Positions 47,810 to 58,159 are shown, counted from the first letter of the stretch. The stretch is 64,000 nucleotides of DNA from a virus (IMGVR_UViG_3300023444_000001:17938-81937); one strand, 5' to 3'. Program-made: numbers and translations. The notes: a model not told the origin generated them from the sequence alone.

Positions 47810-47838
47810 ATTATAATAGGTCTTACTATAAAAGTCAA
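47810..47838 (-). promoter_or_regulatory. Near-consensus sigma70 promoter
   Basis: TTGACT-N17-TATAAT, in tandem with the promoter at 47654-47682. Confidence 0.7.
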
Positions 47839-47901
47839 GACCCAAAAAAATTATACTATAAATCTTATATGACTTGTTTACTTATCAAACAAATTCTCAT
47901 T

Positions 47902-49926
47902 TTACGAAGCAAACTTAGGCAAAGAACCTCCACCCCAAGATTCATACGTAGGCATTGCATACATCCATACTGGACTTATATCAGTAACCCCTTGTGAAAA
48001 ATTAAGAGTACTTGGCAATGAAACCAATGATATTCCTAAATCAATATAAAAATAAAAAGGCAATCTCGGCTTTCCAGTGGTAAATAAATCACCAAAATTG
48101 TATATTTTTGCCTGAGCCGTTGTAGCCACATTTTGATTTACTGCAAAGCACAACCAATACATAGTTGGCCCAACCTGAAGAGAAACTACATTAGTTAAAG
48201 CAACTCCAATCATTCCTGTTGATCCAATAGCAAACATTCCAGTATCAGCAATAAGAGTCCCGGAATCATCATAAATACCCAATCCATAATTTAATCCCGT
48301 TGTATCTGTTCCGACAGCCTGAACGCAAAAATATAAATATTCAATATTAGTCAAAAATCCGACTTCCATGGGCATCAAATGAATTCTTGCATTTCCTGCA
48401 TTTGTTCCAACCTCACTATAATTTGTTGGCAATTCTCTAATCGTAATTCCAACTATCGTAGGATCATTCCTTGCCATAACTGATCCTGTAACAGTTAAAT
48501 TACCGCTTATCCTTGTATCACCATTAACATCTATCGGATATTGAGGAGTATCTGTTCTAAGCCCAATTCTTCCTCCTTGAGCCTCTTGAACTATAAAAGA
48601 AGCCCCTCTAACATGAAGTTCTTCCAATTCAACTTTTCGTGAGAAATAAAACCTATCTTCTGAAGCCCAGACTCCATCTGTAGCAAAAGGAGAAGTATAA
48701 AAAGAAATCTTTCCAGCAGTGCCATGAAAATTCACACTTGCAATATTATTATCACTATTTGAATCTACCCATATATCCCCTTGTGACTTTATATTATCCC
48801 AAGCAAGAACCCTATTTAATTGAATTTCCCCTGAAGATAATAACTTAAATAAATCAGAACTATCATTTTTCAAATGCAACACCGGAATAGGAGTTGCAAA
48901 GACAGAACCTCCTAAATCTATATCCAGAATTTTTGTTCCTACTGAATTTGTCAAATTTGGAGCCGAAATTGACAGAAACACTACTCCACCAGATTCTCCA
49001 GTTAAATCAACAGCAACCTGCTTAGTAGATGAATCCAAAGAAAACCACGGATCATTACCTTGAGCCGTAAGCAATTCAACCTTTCCATTTGCATCAGTAA
49101 TTCTAAAAATTCCTCCAATTTCAAGCGTTGTATCAGGAACCCTATCTAAAGCAATTCCCGCCCTTCTATTTGAAATATCAATATCTAAAGTCCTATCAGT
49201 TCCATCCCAAAAAAGTGAATTTCCTCTTACATCCAGTTTATATAAAGAAGAAATTACACTGGTATTTATTCCAACTCCAGCAGTTGTAACCTTCAAAACT
49301 GTTGTTCCAACCTGCAAATCTCCGCTAACAAAATAATCTCCATTAAGATTTGATCCTAATACGACTGTATTCTGGGTTATATCGCTATCATGTATTTCTG
49401 TTTGCCCAGAAGCATCCCTTGAAATTGTAGCAATTAATCTATACTTGTAAGTAGAAGTATCTACTGGAACACTCGTTCCAATCCCAAAATTCCAAACCAA
49501 TTTTAATCTACGTGATGTCTCTACCCCGATATTCATATTTATCAAGTTTGGGTCTTCTGTAGAATCTATTTCATCAAAATAATATCTAATCCAAATATAT
49601 TGAGGATCATTTTCTTGCCCTAAAAAATTACTCTGTACTGAATCTGCTGATAATTGAAAAATAATACCATCTATGAGTATGTCTCCCTTTTTAACTATAA
49701 CAGTATTATCTCCTGATCCTCCAACAACTTTGAACCCATCATCTGTTCCATCACTTATTCGTGCCTTCGTATGATTAGATAAAGCATAAGAAATCTTCGT
49801 CAACCAATCCCATAAAATATCCTGAGATTCATTCTGATCTGCATCTACCCACAACTTTCCTTGCTGAAAAATTACTTTTCTATAAAGTTTCGTTGAATCA
49901 AACGTATCTCTTGAAATATCCGCCAT
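47902..49926 (-). CDS. Tail fibre with DUF6519-like N-terminus
   Basis: DISRDTFD...VIFQQGK..VDADQNE; VGINT/IGLRT...LDV.G fibre repeats. Confidence 0.75.
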   Translation of the reverse strand: MADISRDTFDSTKLYRKVIFQQGKLWVDADQNESQDILWDWLTKISYALSNHTKARISDGTDDGFKVVGGSGDNTVIVKKGDILIDGIIFQLSADSVQSNFLGQENDPQYIWIRYYFDEIDSTEDPNLINMNIGVETSRRLKLVWNFGIGTSVPVDTSTYKYRLIATISRDASGQTEIHDSDITQNTVVLGSNLNGDYFVSGDLQVGTTVLKVTTAGVGINTSVISSLYKLDVRGNSLFWDGTDRTLDIDISNRRAGIALDRVPDTTLEIGGIFRITDANGKVELLTAQGNDPWFSLDSSTKQVAVDLTGESGGVVFLSISAPNLTNSVGTKILDIDLGGSVFATPIPVLHLKNDSSDLFKLLSSGEIQLNRVLAWDNIKSQGDIWVDSNSDNNIASVNFHGTAGKISFYTSPFATDGVWASEDRFYFSRKVELEELHVRGASFIVQEAQGGRIGLRTDTPQYPIDVNGDTRISGNLTVTGSVMARNDPTIVGITIRELPTNYSEVGTNAGNARIHLMPMEVGFLTNIEYLYFCVQAVGTDTTGLNYGLGIYDDSGTLIADTGMFAIGSTGMIGVALTNVVSLQVGPTMYWLCFAVNQNVATTAQAKIYNFGDLFTTGKPRLPFYFYIDLGISLVSLPSTLNFSQGVTDISPVWMYAMPTYESWGGGSLPKFAS

Positions 49927-51873
49927 TTATTCTATTCCCCCTCCAAGAACTGATAACCCATATTCAACCATTCTTCCAATAAAATACCGTTCACCAGCAA
50001 AAGTTTTTCCATTCACATAAGATGTAAGTCCAAGCAAGGTATCCGAGATAACATTCTCAATCTCATAAACACCATTGTTTTCATGTTCACTACCATAAAT
50101 AACTAATATATCTCCAGCCCTCACTAAATTCCTAAAAATTGTATTTTCTCCTGTTACTACCGGAAAATTTTCTACACAATCTATTGACTCATCATCATAC
50201 AAAATCCGCATATAATAAGACCCAGCCGGAATATACTTCCAAATATCATTATCAATAAACTTCTTTTTATCTTCACTTTCCACAACAGATGTAGCAGAAG
50301 AACCTTCTTCAAATTTTACTCCATCCACCCAAAAACTTCCATTTTGATTTTCAGAAACCGGAATACTAACTGATAACTGTATTCTTCCCGGAACATTAAA
50401 AGTAATTGATTTTTCCAATCTTATCCAATTTTGACCAATAACCTGATTTGATAAAATTGCTTCTGTAACTGAATTATACAAATCAGAATGAGTCAATCGC
50501 AATTCAAAATTAGTCAACATATTGTCTGCTTTAACATAAGCAGAAAACGTATATGTTCCAGCAGGAAATACCTCTAATTTCGTAGTTATTCCTCCCCATT
50601 GAAGAATAGTAACTTTCAAAGAGTTATTTCCAAATAAATAATCTTCAAATTCTGGAACAAGAACTTCATCTCCTTTAATTATCTGCCAAGGAAAAAATTC
50701 TAAATTACTATCTTCTTGAAAACTACTAAGCATATACGGATTTTGAAGATAATTCCATCCCTGACCACTTATTTTAATTCCTAAAACCCTTAATGATTGA
50801 TTCGGATACCATAAATAAGAACCAACATCCCCAGAAGTTCCAATATTTGCAAGCATATAACTATCATCTGTATCTACACTTCTATAAAAATTGTTATTTG
50901 AAATTCCAACGACTTTAGAAGGTACTACTTCTGTAGATTCTATATTTCCACCTTCACTTTCATCAATATCAAATGACATAGTAGTTATCCCGCCATCAGA
51001 CCACACAAGACCTTCATATGCTCTATCAAAAATAATATTCCGTAAATCCAATCCTGTAAGACTATCTACCAAACTGCCATCCAAATACATTTCAACCCGA
51101 ACATTATTTGACTCCAAATTATATGCTCTTGTTTCAAGGCAAATCCACGTATCTGAATTTATACTTATTGTATTTCCAATATCACCCCTAATTTGAAGAC
51201 GTATTTCAAAAGTTCCATCTGTTTTCCTATGAAATTGCGGAATTATCCCAATCCCATCTAAAGAACTATACCACTCTCCAATCCCAATAAACCATCCAGA
51301 ACCTGTAAATCCAGAAGAATTTAATCTAAAATAACATTTTCTATAAGCCGAAGTATCTAAACTTAATCCTAATCTATATAAATAATACCCCTGACTTGAC
51401 GCTGTTGTTGTAAATCTCATCCCATAACTTCCAATAAAAGCAGCAGAAGATAATACTGATCCAGAACCTCCATTATCTTGAATTAACCAATTTGAAGTAT
51501 CTCCACTTTCATAGCCATCATAAAAAATTGCTCTATCCCTATTTACAGTAGCATTATATCCGGTCATATATTGAATAGCATCAAAAATTGAACTTAATGT
51601 TCCCTTTCTTCTCCATATATCTACGGCATACTTAATATAATTTCTCTTTTCCTGCTCACTTGCAGAATCAACAATCTTTACTCCAACATTTGAAGCAAGA
51701 AAATTCAAAAATTCTTCCGGACAATCTTCTGTACTCTTAAAATTAAACAATCCTTGAATTAAAGATTTTATCGGATTTATTCCATGTTCCTCAATAAGAG
51801 ATAGAAAAGCATTAAGGTCTCCTTCAACATCTTCCATCTTATAAATACTGGGCAAATAATCAAATAAACTCAT
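49927..51873 (-). CDS. Baseplate wedge protein (P2 gpI-like) with inserted beta-sandwich domains
   Basis: LFDYLPSIY, CPEEFLNFLA, RRKGT; later YTFSAYVK...WIRL...WVDGVKFEEG (CBM-like). Confidence 0.78.
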   Translation of the reverse strand: MSLFDYLPSIYKMEDVEGDLNAFLSLIEEHGINPIKSLIQGLFNFKSTEDCPEEFLNFLASNVGVKIVDSASEQEKRNYIKYAVDIWRRKGTLSSIFDAIQYMTGYNATVNRDRAIFYDGYESGDTSNWLIQDNGGSGSVLSSAAFIGSYGMRFTTTASSQGYYLYRLGLSLDTSAYRKCYFRLNSSGFTGSGWFIGIGEWYSSLDGIGIIPQFHRKTDGTFEIRLQIRGDIGNTISINSDTWICLETRAYNLESNNVRVEMYLDGSLVDSLTGLDLRNIIFDRAYEGLVWSDGGITTMSFDIDESEGGNIESTEVVPSKVVGISNNNFYRSVDTDDSYMLANIGTSGDVGSYLWYPNQSLRVLGIKISGQGWNYLQNPYMLSSFQEDSNLEFFPWQIIKGDEVLVPEFEDYLFGNNSLKVTILQWGGITTKLEVFPAGTYTFSAYVKADNMLTNFELRLTHSDLYNSVTEAILSNQVIGQNWIRLEKSITFNVPGRIQLSVSIPVSENQNGSFWVDGVKFEEGSSATSVVESEDKKKFIDNDIWKYIPAGSYYMRILYDDESIDCVENFPVVTGENTIFRNLVRAGDILVIYGSEHENNGVYEIENVISDTLLGLTSYVNGKTFAGERYFIGRMVEYGLSVLGGGIE

Positions 51874-53360
51874 CTTAATCTATCCCCCATTGATACTGGA
51901 GGCCCTATATTTATTTGAATTGATCCAACCTCTGAAATTTCAAAATCATCAATAACTACATCAGTTCTTGGAGTATCAATTATAACATGATCTACTCCAG
52001 AAACTCCTTCTATTAAAGCATAAAGTTGAGACAAATACACATCCCTTCCAAATTCATTTGTATGCCGTCCCTTATCATCTATAAATGTTGGAGATAAATA
52101 ACTTTCTATCACTTGATTTACCTCTCTTGACACATCTTCTTCAATATATCCCTCTTCAATATATACAGTACATACCACATCTATTGGAACATACGTTGGG
52201 TCTTTTATCTTAACTGAAAAACAAGCCAACCTCTTTGTATCCAAATAAGCCTCTAATTCCAATTTTAATGAAGTCGATGGAAGTCCGCCTCCCTCTGGAA
52301 CTACAACTACCCAAACTGTTTGAGCCTGTTCATATGCCTTTGCTTGAGCAATACGACCAGTTGTACCTTCCCAATGTTCTACTAAATATGAAAAATCAGA
52401 AGGTGTAACTGCTCTATCCAGAGACCGAAGATTACGTATGGCGTTTTCTCGTATAACTTCCACCGACTCTCGTAATGATCCACCAGAAGCCGCCCTTTCA
52501 TTTATTACTGAATCTAAATTTGTCAATAAATCTACAAAACTTATTATTCTTCCAGAACCTACATTACCATCTTCACCTCCTCCAACTTGATAATCCGCTG
52601 TAATAACACTTGAAACCGGAGGAATTTTTCCTCTAATACCATCTGAAAAAAGGATAAAAACTCTTTCTCTCGAATTTACACTTATCACATAGTGCTCATC
52701 CATAGCCCCCGAATCAATAAAATCACCAACTTCTGTCCATTTTGTTCCATTAACATAAACTACCACAGAACTTGGAATAATTTCATTCCTGCTCAATTCA
52801 AAAACCTGATTTGCGACCCCATTACTTGTTCCAACATTTTCCCCACTAACAAATTCTCCATGAAAAGCCGAAAGATAGAATGTTGTTGCAGTATCTGGTA
52901 CTAACCAATTCCTATTACCATCATCTGATATATTCAAACCAGTATTTTCAACCAAAGACTCAAAAAAATTGACAGAAAATATCTTTCTCTCTTCAGTGGT
53001 TAACGGAACAGTTCCAACTTGAAATCCTCTTGGAACAATTAAATTACCTGTTCCACTCCTGCCCATTTTCAAAATAACATAAGCCGCTGTTCTTTCTCTT
53101 GGAGTATAATCAATCAACTTAGCCAATTCTACAACAGAATCTCTCCTTCTTGCTGTTCTAAAAAATCCCTCATTTGCCGCAAAATCAATATACCAAGACA
53201 ACATATCTCCCATATAAGCAAATAATTCCAACAAAACAATACCAAGATCATCAGAATTAAAATCTGTCCACTTATTTGTATAATTCGGAATTTCTCTTAA
53301 TAATTCTGATCTTATTGAATTAAAATCTCTATTTGAATAATCTAACTTTATTCTTGCCAT
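51870..53360 (-). CDS. Baseplate J/gp6-like wedge protein
   Basis: DYSNRDFNSI, WTDFNSDDLGIVLLELFA, GGEDGNV, RAVTPSDF. Confidence 0.9.
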   Translation of the reverse strand: MARIKLDYSNRDFNSIRSELLREIPNYTNKWTDFNSDDLGIVLLELFAYMGDMLSWYIDFAANEGFFRTARRRDSVVELAKLIDYTPRERTAAYVILKMGRSGTGNLIVPRGFQVGTVPLTTEERKIFSVNFFESLVENTGLNISDDGNRNWLVPDTATTFYLSAFHGEFVSGENVGTSNGVANQVFELSRNEIIPSSVVVYVNGTKWTEVGDFIDSGAMDEHYVISVNSRERVFILFSDGIRGKIPPVSSVITADYQVGGGEDGNVGSGRIISFVDLLTNLDSVINERAASGGSLRESVEVIRENAIRNLRSLDRAVTPSDFSYLVEHWEGTTGRIAQAKAYEQAQTVWVVVVPEGGGLPSTSLKLELEAYLDTKRLACFSVKIKDPTYVPIDVVCTVYIEEGYIEEDVSREVNQVIESYLSPTFIDDKGRHTNEFGRDVYLSQLYALIEGVSGVDHVIIDTPRTDVVIDDFEISEVGSIQINIGPPVSMGDRLR

Positions 53361-53362
53361 AC

Positions 53363-54517
53363 TTAACCATTCCTTTTTACTTCATATTGAGACGTAACTA
53401 TCCTTCCAACTCCTACAAATACTACTTCAACAAATAACTTAGAAGATTCTTGTTTTATCTGAATATCTCCTAACTGAATACGAGATTCATACTTGAAAGC
53501 CTTTGAAACTGTATTTTTAATTATAGGCATTAAATCAGAAGACACTTCTTCAAAAACAAATCTTCTTAAATTTGCCCCCCAAGAAGGTCTCATCATTCTT
53601 TCTCCATACCCTGTAAATAATAACTGCTTAACATCCTCTTTCAAATGAATAAATTCTAAAGTATTGTTCTTTGATATTCTTACCCCTCCATCTCCCTCAA
53701 ACTGAAAAGGATAATGTATTCCCTGTCCAAAAGGTTCATCTGGATAAGATACAGGAATTTCTCTAAAAACTACCACATTATCAGAACTAAACACAGAACC
53801 AAAATGAACCATATCTACTAATACTTCTCCGGATGAAGATAATTGGGAAACTTGAATTTTAACCTTTTTTGTATCTGCATTAAGAGGAGATAAATTATAT
53901 ACATATCGAGTCCAATTCCCATTAACAGCCTGCCCGTTTAATAATGTCTGAACTTGTGTTTGAGTAATTTCATCTTCCTTATATTCTCTAACTTTCAAAT
54001 TAACTTGAGAAGTCCCACTCAATTCTCTCAACATTATTGTTAAATAATATGATTCCTGATTATCTACCCAAATACCATCACTTTCTATTATTGCAGTTCC
54101 TGTACCTCCTGAAGCCAATTTAACACACCTTGAACCTTGAAAAGCGTCCAAAATATCCTCTGTAACTGTTCCATCAAGTGTTGTTGTAATATTCCAATTA
54201 TCAAAACTATTCCCACTACCATTTTCAAAACTATAATTTTGAACAAAATTTGAAGCCACTCCAACAAACAATATCCTTCCTACTTCTATCTTTGAAGAGA
54301 TAATTGGACTTAACTTAAATCCTTTACTATCTAAACTACAAGCATAATCTGGATTATAAGCAGAATCTAAAGAAGAGACTGTATCAAATCGTAAACTATA
54401 TGATTTTGCATATCTATTTTTTTCATTTGCCACAATATAACTCCTATTCCATGAAACTAATGCTTCATCATCTTTATCTAATCTTGAAATCTTAATATTT
54501 GATGGAATTATACTCAT
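53363..54517 (-). CDS. gp25/gpW baseplate protein with N-terminal carbohydrate-binding-like domain
   Basis: NYSFENG CBM-like domain; C-terminal GIHYPF...TGYGERMMRPSWG...YESRI. Confidence 0.82.
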   Translation of the reverse strand: MSIIPSNIKISRLDKDDEALVSWNRSYIVANEKNRYAKSYSLRFDTVSSLDSAYNPDYACSLDSKGFKLSPIISSKIEVGRILFVGVASNFVQNYSFENGSGNSFDNWNITTTLDGTVTEDILDAFQGSRCVKLASGGTGTAIIESDGIWVDNQESYYLTIMLRELSGTSQVNLKVREYKEDEITQTQVQTLLNGQAVNGNWTRYVYNLSPLNADTKKVKIQVSQLSSSGEVLVDMVHFGSVFSSDNVVVFREIPVSYPDEPFGQGIHYPFQFEGDGGVRISKNNTLEFIHLKEDVKQLLFTGYGERMMRPSWGANLRRFVFEEVSSDLMPIIKNTVSKAFKYESRIQLGDIQIKQESSKLFVEVVFVGVGRIVTSQYEVKRNG

Positions 54518-54870
54518 GAAATTCCAGTCTCCCCTTTATTATCATTAGACTGTCCAATATTGCTTATGGCATGAGAATGCGAAGGACTTCCTCCCACTGC
54601 TGTAACTCCAGAAACTTTTATTCCATGCAATACTGCATGATTTTTTATCTCATCAATAACCGTATTTGTAACCGCTTCTGCGATAGCCATTGCAATAGTA
54701 TACAACAAATCCTCCATAACTGGAACATTATCATTTTGCCCTGGATAACCTTCGGGTTTTCTTACAAAATGTCTTTCTTGAGCAATAGTCTGCAACAAGC
54801 CATTTTCATTATCCGTACTATATAAAGCATTTTGTAAATTTGTTCTCAACCGATCTTTATCTAAAGGCAT
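54514..54870 (-). CDS. Small baseplate/spike-associated protein
   Basis: Positioned before gp25; HSH motif. Confidence 0.55.
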   Translation of the reverse strand: MPLDKDRLRTNLQNALYSTDNENGLLQTIAQERHFVRKPEGYPGQNDNVPVMEDLLYTIAMAIAEAVTNTVIDEIKNHAVLHGIKVSGVTAVGGSPSHSHAISNIGQSNDNKGETGIS

Positions 54871-54917
54871 TTGTAAATCCTTACACTTAAGGTAGAAGTC
54901 CCTATTTGAACCAAGTA

Positions 54918-55013
54918 AATTCTTTAATTAACAAGGTATATTCAAGATTTTTCTTCTCCTGAAGGGTTTTATATGGATAATTATAAAGTCCTTATATACG
55001 GGCGCTATGAAGG
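54918..55013. repeat. ~95-bp dispersed intergenic element, copy B
   Basis: Colinear similarity to 40237..40332. Confidence 0.7.
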
Positions 55014-55017
55014 TATT

Positions 55018-55983
55018 TCATCTCTTTGATAATATCAAACCTTTGTTCATCATTTTTTCCATAACCCAAATTCCTATTGCTCCAATAAATTCCAAACTAA
55101 ACACTTTCCAATCTACTAAATATATTGGCTCCATCGAAAATACAACCAAAAAACTCAATATTATAACATACCATAACCAATGAAATTCTCCTTGTTCTAT
55201 TCCGGAAAAATTTCCTAAAGCCATTGGAATAATTACCGGAAAAGCAAATACAAATATCATATCTGGAACCTCAGAAAAACTCCCAACAAAATAGAGAAAT
55301 AAAACTAACCAAGCAAGTTTACTCATTCTAAAATCTTTACTCCAATCCATTCCAGACAATAATGCTAAAGGTCCCAAAATTCCCCATATTCCAAGTGTAT
55401 GCCTATAAAATTCCATATTATCATTCAAAACCAAACTCTCTTTATTTCCAAGATATAAATTATTCCATTCTAAAGGCAATAAAGATCGAAAAACAATAAA
55501 TATCAAAACCGGAATTATAGCCAATTTGAAAACTTCCCAACTTTCCTTTTTTATCCTATCCCATATCCAAGGATAAACTCTCCATATTAAACGTACTGGA
55601 AGCAAAATCAAAACTACTCCATTGCATAAGACTCCAAATAACAAAACAAGAAACAACACCTTATCATTTTCTCTTGTTATATAAATCACCCCTAAAAGAA
55701 ACAACATCATAGAAAAAGGCATTACTATAGAAGTTTGATAGAAATACACTGGAACTAAAGACCAAGTAAAAAAATAAGCCAATCCTCCAAGCAAAGCCCA
55801 TTTTATATCAAACCCCCAAAAGATTCTCAACCAAGAAAACAACACCATTCCAATTCCAAATATGCATATAATTTCAAAAATCTTTTCATAGTAATTTTCT
55901 TTTGAAATCATCATAAACATGAAAAATAAAACTAATCCTTCAATTAAAAATGCCTTTTTATTTTCAAAAAGAAACTTTTTCAT
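55018..55983 (-). CDS. Multi-pass membrane protein (GT-C-like?)
   Basis: About 9-10 hydrophobic segments; start MKKFLF overlaps the spike-gene stop. Confidence 0.6.
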   Translation of the reverse strand: MKKFLFENKKAFLIEGLVLFFMFMMISKENYYEKIFEIICIFGIGMVLFSWLRIFWGFDIKWALLGGLAYFFTWSLVPVYFYQTSIVMPFSMMLFLLGVIYITRENDKVLFLVLLFGVLCNGVVLILLPVRLIWRVYPWIWDRIKKESWEVFKLAIIPVLIFIVFRSLLPLEWNNLYLGNKESLVLNDNMEFYRHTLGIWGILGPLALLSGMDWSKDFRMSKLAWLVLFLYFVGSFSEVPDMIFVFAFPVIIPMALGNFSGIEQGEFHWLWYVIILSFLVVFSMEPIYLVDWKVFSLEFIGAIGIWVMEKMMNKGLILSKR

Positions 55984-56603
55984 TATGGAGCCTTTACTGT
56001 TGAAACCATAATATGCTTTGATCCAGTATATGGACAAAGAGAATTTGTCGTAATAACTTGTCCATCTCCATCATTACAAATAACTTCAACACCTCTTATT
56101 TGAATTTTTCCATCAGGTTCAAAAATAATCTCTTTTCCAGAACTATGAATAATCTTTATATATTCTTCTCCATTTGTATCATCAAAAATTATTCTATGCC
56201 CACTTCTTGTCTTTAATACCCTTACATTTGGCCTATTTTGAAGGGCATCAACAGGAAATTCTGTTTCTCCATTAGGTCGAGTCCAAAAACAACCAGACCA
56301 TATTGGCTTAAGTATATCTCCCTCTTCAAACTCGATCCAAACTCCAGAATCTAATTCTGGAACAAAAGCAAATCCTACTTCATCTATTCCTCCAAAGGGA
56401 AGACAGGGCATAGCCCAGTTTGTAAGTGTCTCTTCTTCACGGTATTTGCCCCCATGAATAGCCGGAACGTATGCCCTAATTCTTCCCATTTGCAATGAAT
56501 CTTTATTATCTTTGCACAACCCCCTATACTTTCCATATAACCTTGAAGATGTATCTTCTATTGCTCGATCCCTAAAATGAGTTGCCAACTTAAATTCTCT
56601 CAT
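55983..56603 (-). CDS. Baseplate spike (gpV/VgrG OB-fold)
   Basis: YGKYRG..DNKD...GRIR..VP, WAMPC, VWIEFEEGD..PIW.G, TRSGH.I.FDD. Confidence 0.9.
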   Translation of the reverse strand: MREFKLATHFRDRAIEDTSSRLYGKYRGLCKDNKDSLQMGRIRAYVPAIHGGKYREEETLTNWAMPCLPFGGIDEVGFAFVPELDSGVWIEFEEGDILKPIWSGCFWTRPNGETEFPVDALQNRPNVRVLKTRSGHRIIFDDTNGEEYIKIIHSSGKEIIFEPDGKIQIRGVEVICNDGDGQVITTNSLCPYTGSKHIMVSTVKAP

Positions 56604-57023
56604 TTATACCTCTATAGGAATACCAAATAAAATCCGATTTAATTCAGCCTTATCTGTTATACTTCCTTCTTCAACTTCTCTTTCTCCAACAGGCATAGCA
56701 TAAGAGAAAAAATCTATATCATCACTCAACTGGTATTCAAAATCTTTTGGAATATCTTCTAATGGATACGATACAGAACTTACTGCATTTCTAATAAGTG
56801 TTAAATCACAAGTATATCCATTACTTCCAATTCGATGTTTTACTCTATACACTAACCAACTTCCAGAAAATCTCTTACCTACTCCACTTATATAAACAGT
56901 CCAAAGAGTTCTTAATTCTTTAATTCCTATTGTTGTAGCCTCAGCCTCAAGAACCCATCTTCCTGACAAATATCGACTATTTATCAGTTGTTGAATATAA
57001 TTTTCCTCTTGATTAGAACTCAT
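56604..57023 (-). CDS. C-terminal part of a gpD/hub-like protein
   Basis: G..EL...V.ISGVGKRFSGSWLVYRVKH...GYTC; ATGA overlap with the upstream ORF. Confidence 0.7.
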   Translation of the reverse strand: MSSNQEENYIQQLINSRYLSGRWVLEAEATTIGIKELRTLWTVYISGVGKRFSGSWLVYRVKHRIGSNGYTCDLTLIRNAVSSVSYPLEDIPKDFEYQLSDDIDFFSYAMPVGEREVEEGSITDKAELNRILFGIPIEV

Positions 57024-58159
57024 GGTGAAATCCCCAACCAAATTGTATAAGTTTCATCATTTCCAGAAACTGAATTACTTTTCAAACTCTCTTTATCACG
57101 TTCCTCAAAAGGAATAACCACCCTATTTGCTTCACTCTGAAGTTCTAAACTTGGAGTCATAGACCTTTCCCATAATTCAGATACATTTGGAGTCCCTTGT
57201 ACATTAGAATTTTGTTTTGGCTTTCTTATAATCTCTTTAGATAATTCATCCGGTTTAACGGAAGCAATTTTAACTTCCTTATCATCTGCAATCCAACTTT
57301 TACTTTCTCCTACAACATCTCGTGTTTGAAGTTTTGGTCTAAAACTCTTCAAAGCATAATTTCCAGTCTTATACCCAAGATTAAGCATAGGTGATTCTGA
57401 TAACCTTGGAAGCATAAAGAAAAACACTCTTTCCCTAACAAACGCAGAGTAGCCCCATCTTTTTGCTATTTCAGTAATCATCTTCCAATCACTCTTATCA
57501 GCCTTTTGAGTCCATTTCTTTTTCGTACTAAAATAAGGACTAAAATCATCAAATTGTTGCTCCGTTTTCATAATATAATATCTACTAAATGGAGCCGGAA
57601 AACCTTGTTTACGAGCCATTCTCATGTTTCTTTCAACAATAGTCTTAACTACAGCACTATCTCTTGGAGCAAAAGTATCCGGTAACTCCGTACTTGTATC
57701 AGTTCCTCCCTTTCCCTCTCCCAATACTCCTTGCACAACATCAGTAGTATAAACAACAGATGCTGGAACTAATTTTCCTTCTTCATTTTCTACCAGATTA
57801 GAATTTTTCAATAATACAGCAAGTTCTTCTCCAACTATTTCTACAACATCTTTTCCATCCCATCTTGAATTTATTCTGGTAATTTGAAAATCATTCATAA
57901 ATTTTACCCCCGACCCATACCCCATATACAATGAAAAAATATTTCCTTCAAAAAACAACGGATTCTCCGTAAATCTTCCATTAGAATTTTCAAGCAATAA
58001 ACTCGCCTTATCTAATTGATCCATATGATCTTCATAATACATTTCTTCAACGGCTTTTATTTCTTGACCTTTCAATCCTGTTCCAGTCAAATTATAATCA
58101 CTCATTTTAACTTGCTGCAATCCAGCAAATCTTATTGCAAATCTCGGAACAAACTTCAT
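57020..58159 (-). CDS. Late control gpD/baseplate hub protein (N-terminal part)
   Basis: YED...D...L.L.N, LYMGYG, Q..KSDW..I..IAKRWGY. Confidence 0.75.
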   Translation of the reverse strand: MKFVPRFAIRFAGLQQVKMSDYNLTGTGLKGQEIKAVEEMYYEDHMDQLDKASLLLENSNGRFTENPLFFEGNIFSLYMGYGSGVKFMNDFQITRINSRWDGKDVVEIVGEELAVLLKNSNLVENEEGKLVPASVVYTTDVVQGVLGEGKGGTDTSTELPDTFAPRDSAVVKTIVERNMRMARKQGFPAPFSRYYIMKTEQQFDDFSPYFSTKKKWTQKADKSDWKMITEIAKRWGYSAFVRERVFFFMLPRLSESPMLNLGYKTGNYALKSFRPKLQTRDVVGESKSWIADDKEVKIASVKPDELSKEIIRKPKQNSNVQGTPNVSELWERSMTPSLELQSEANRVVIPFEERDKESLKSNSVSGNDETYTIWLGISP

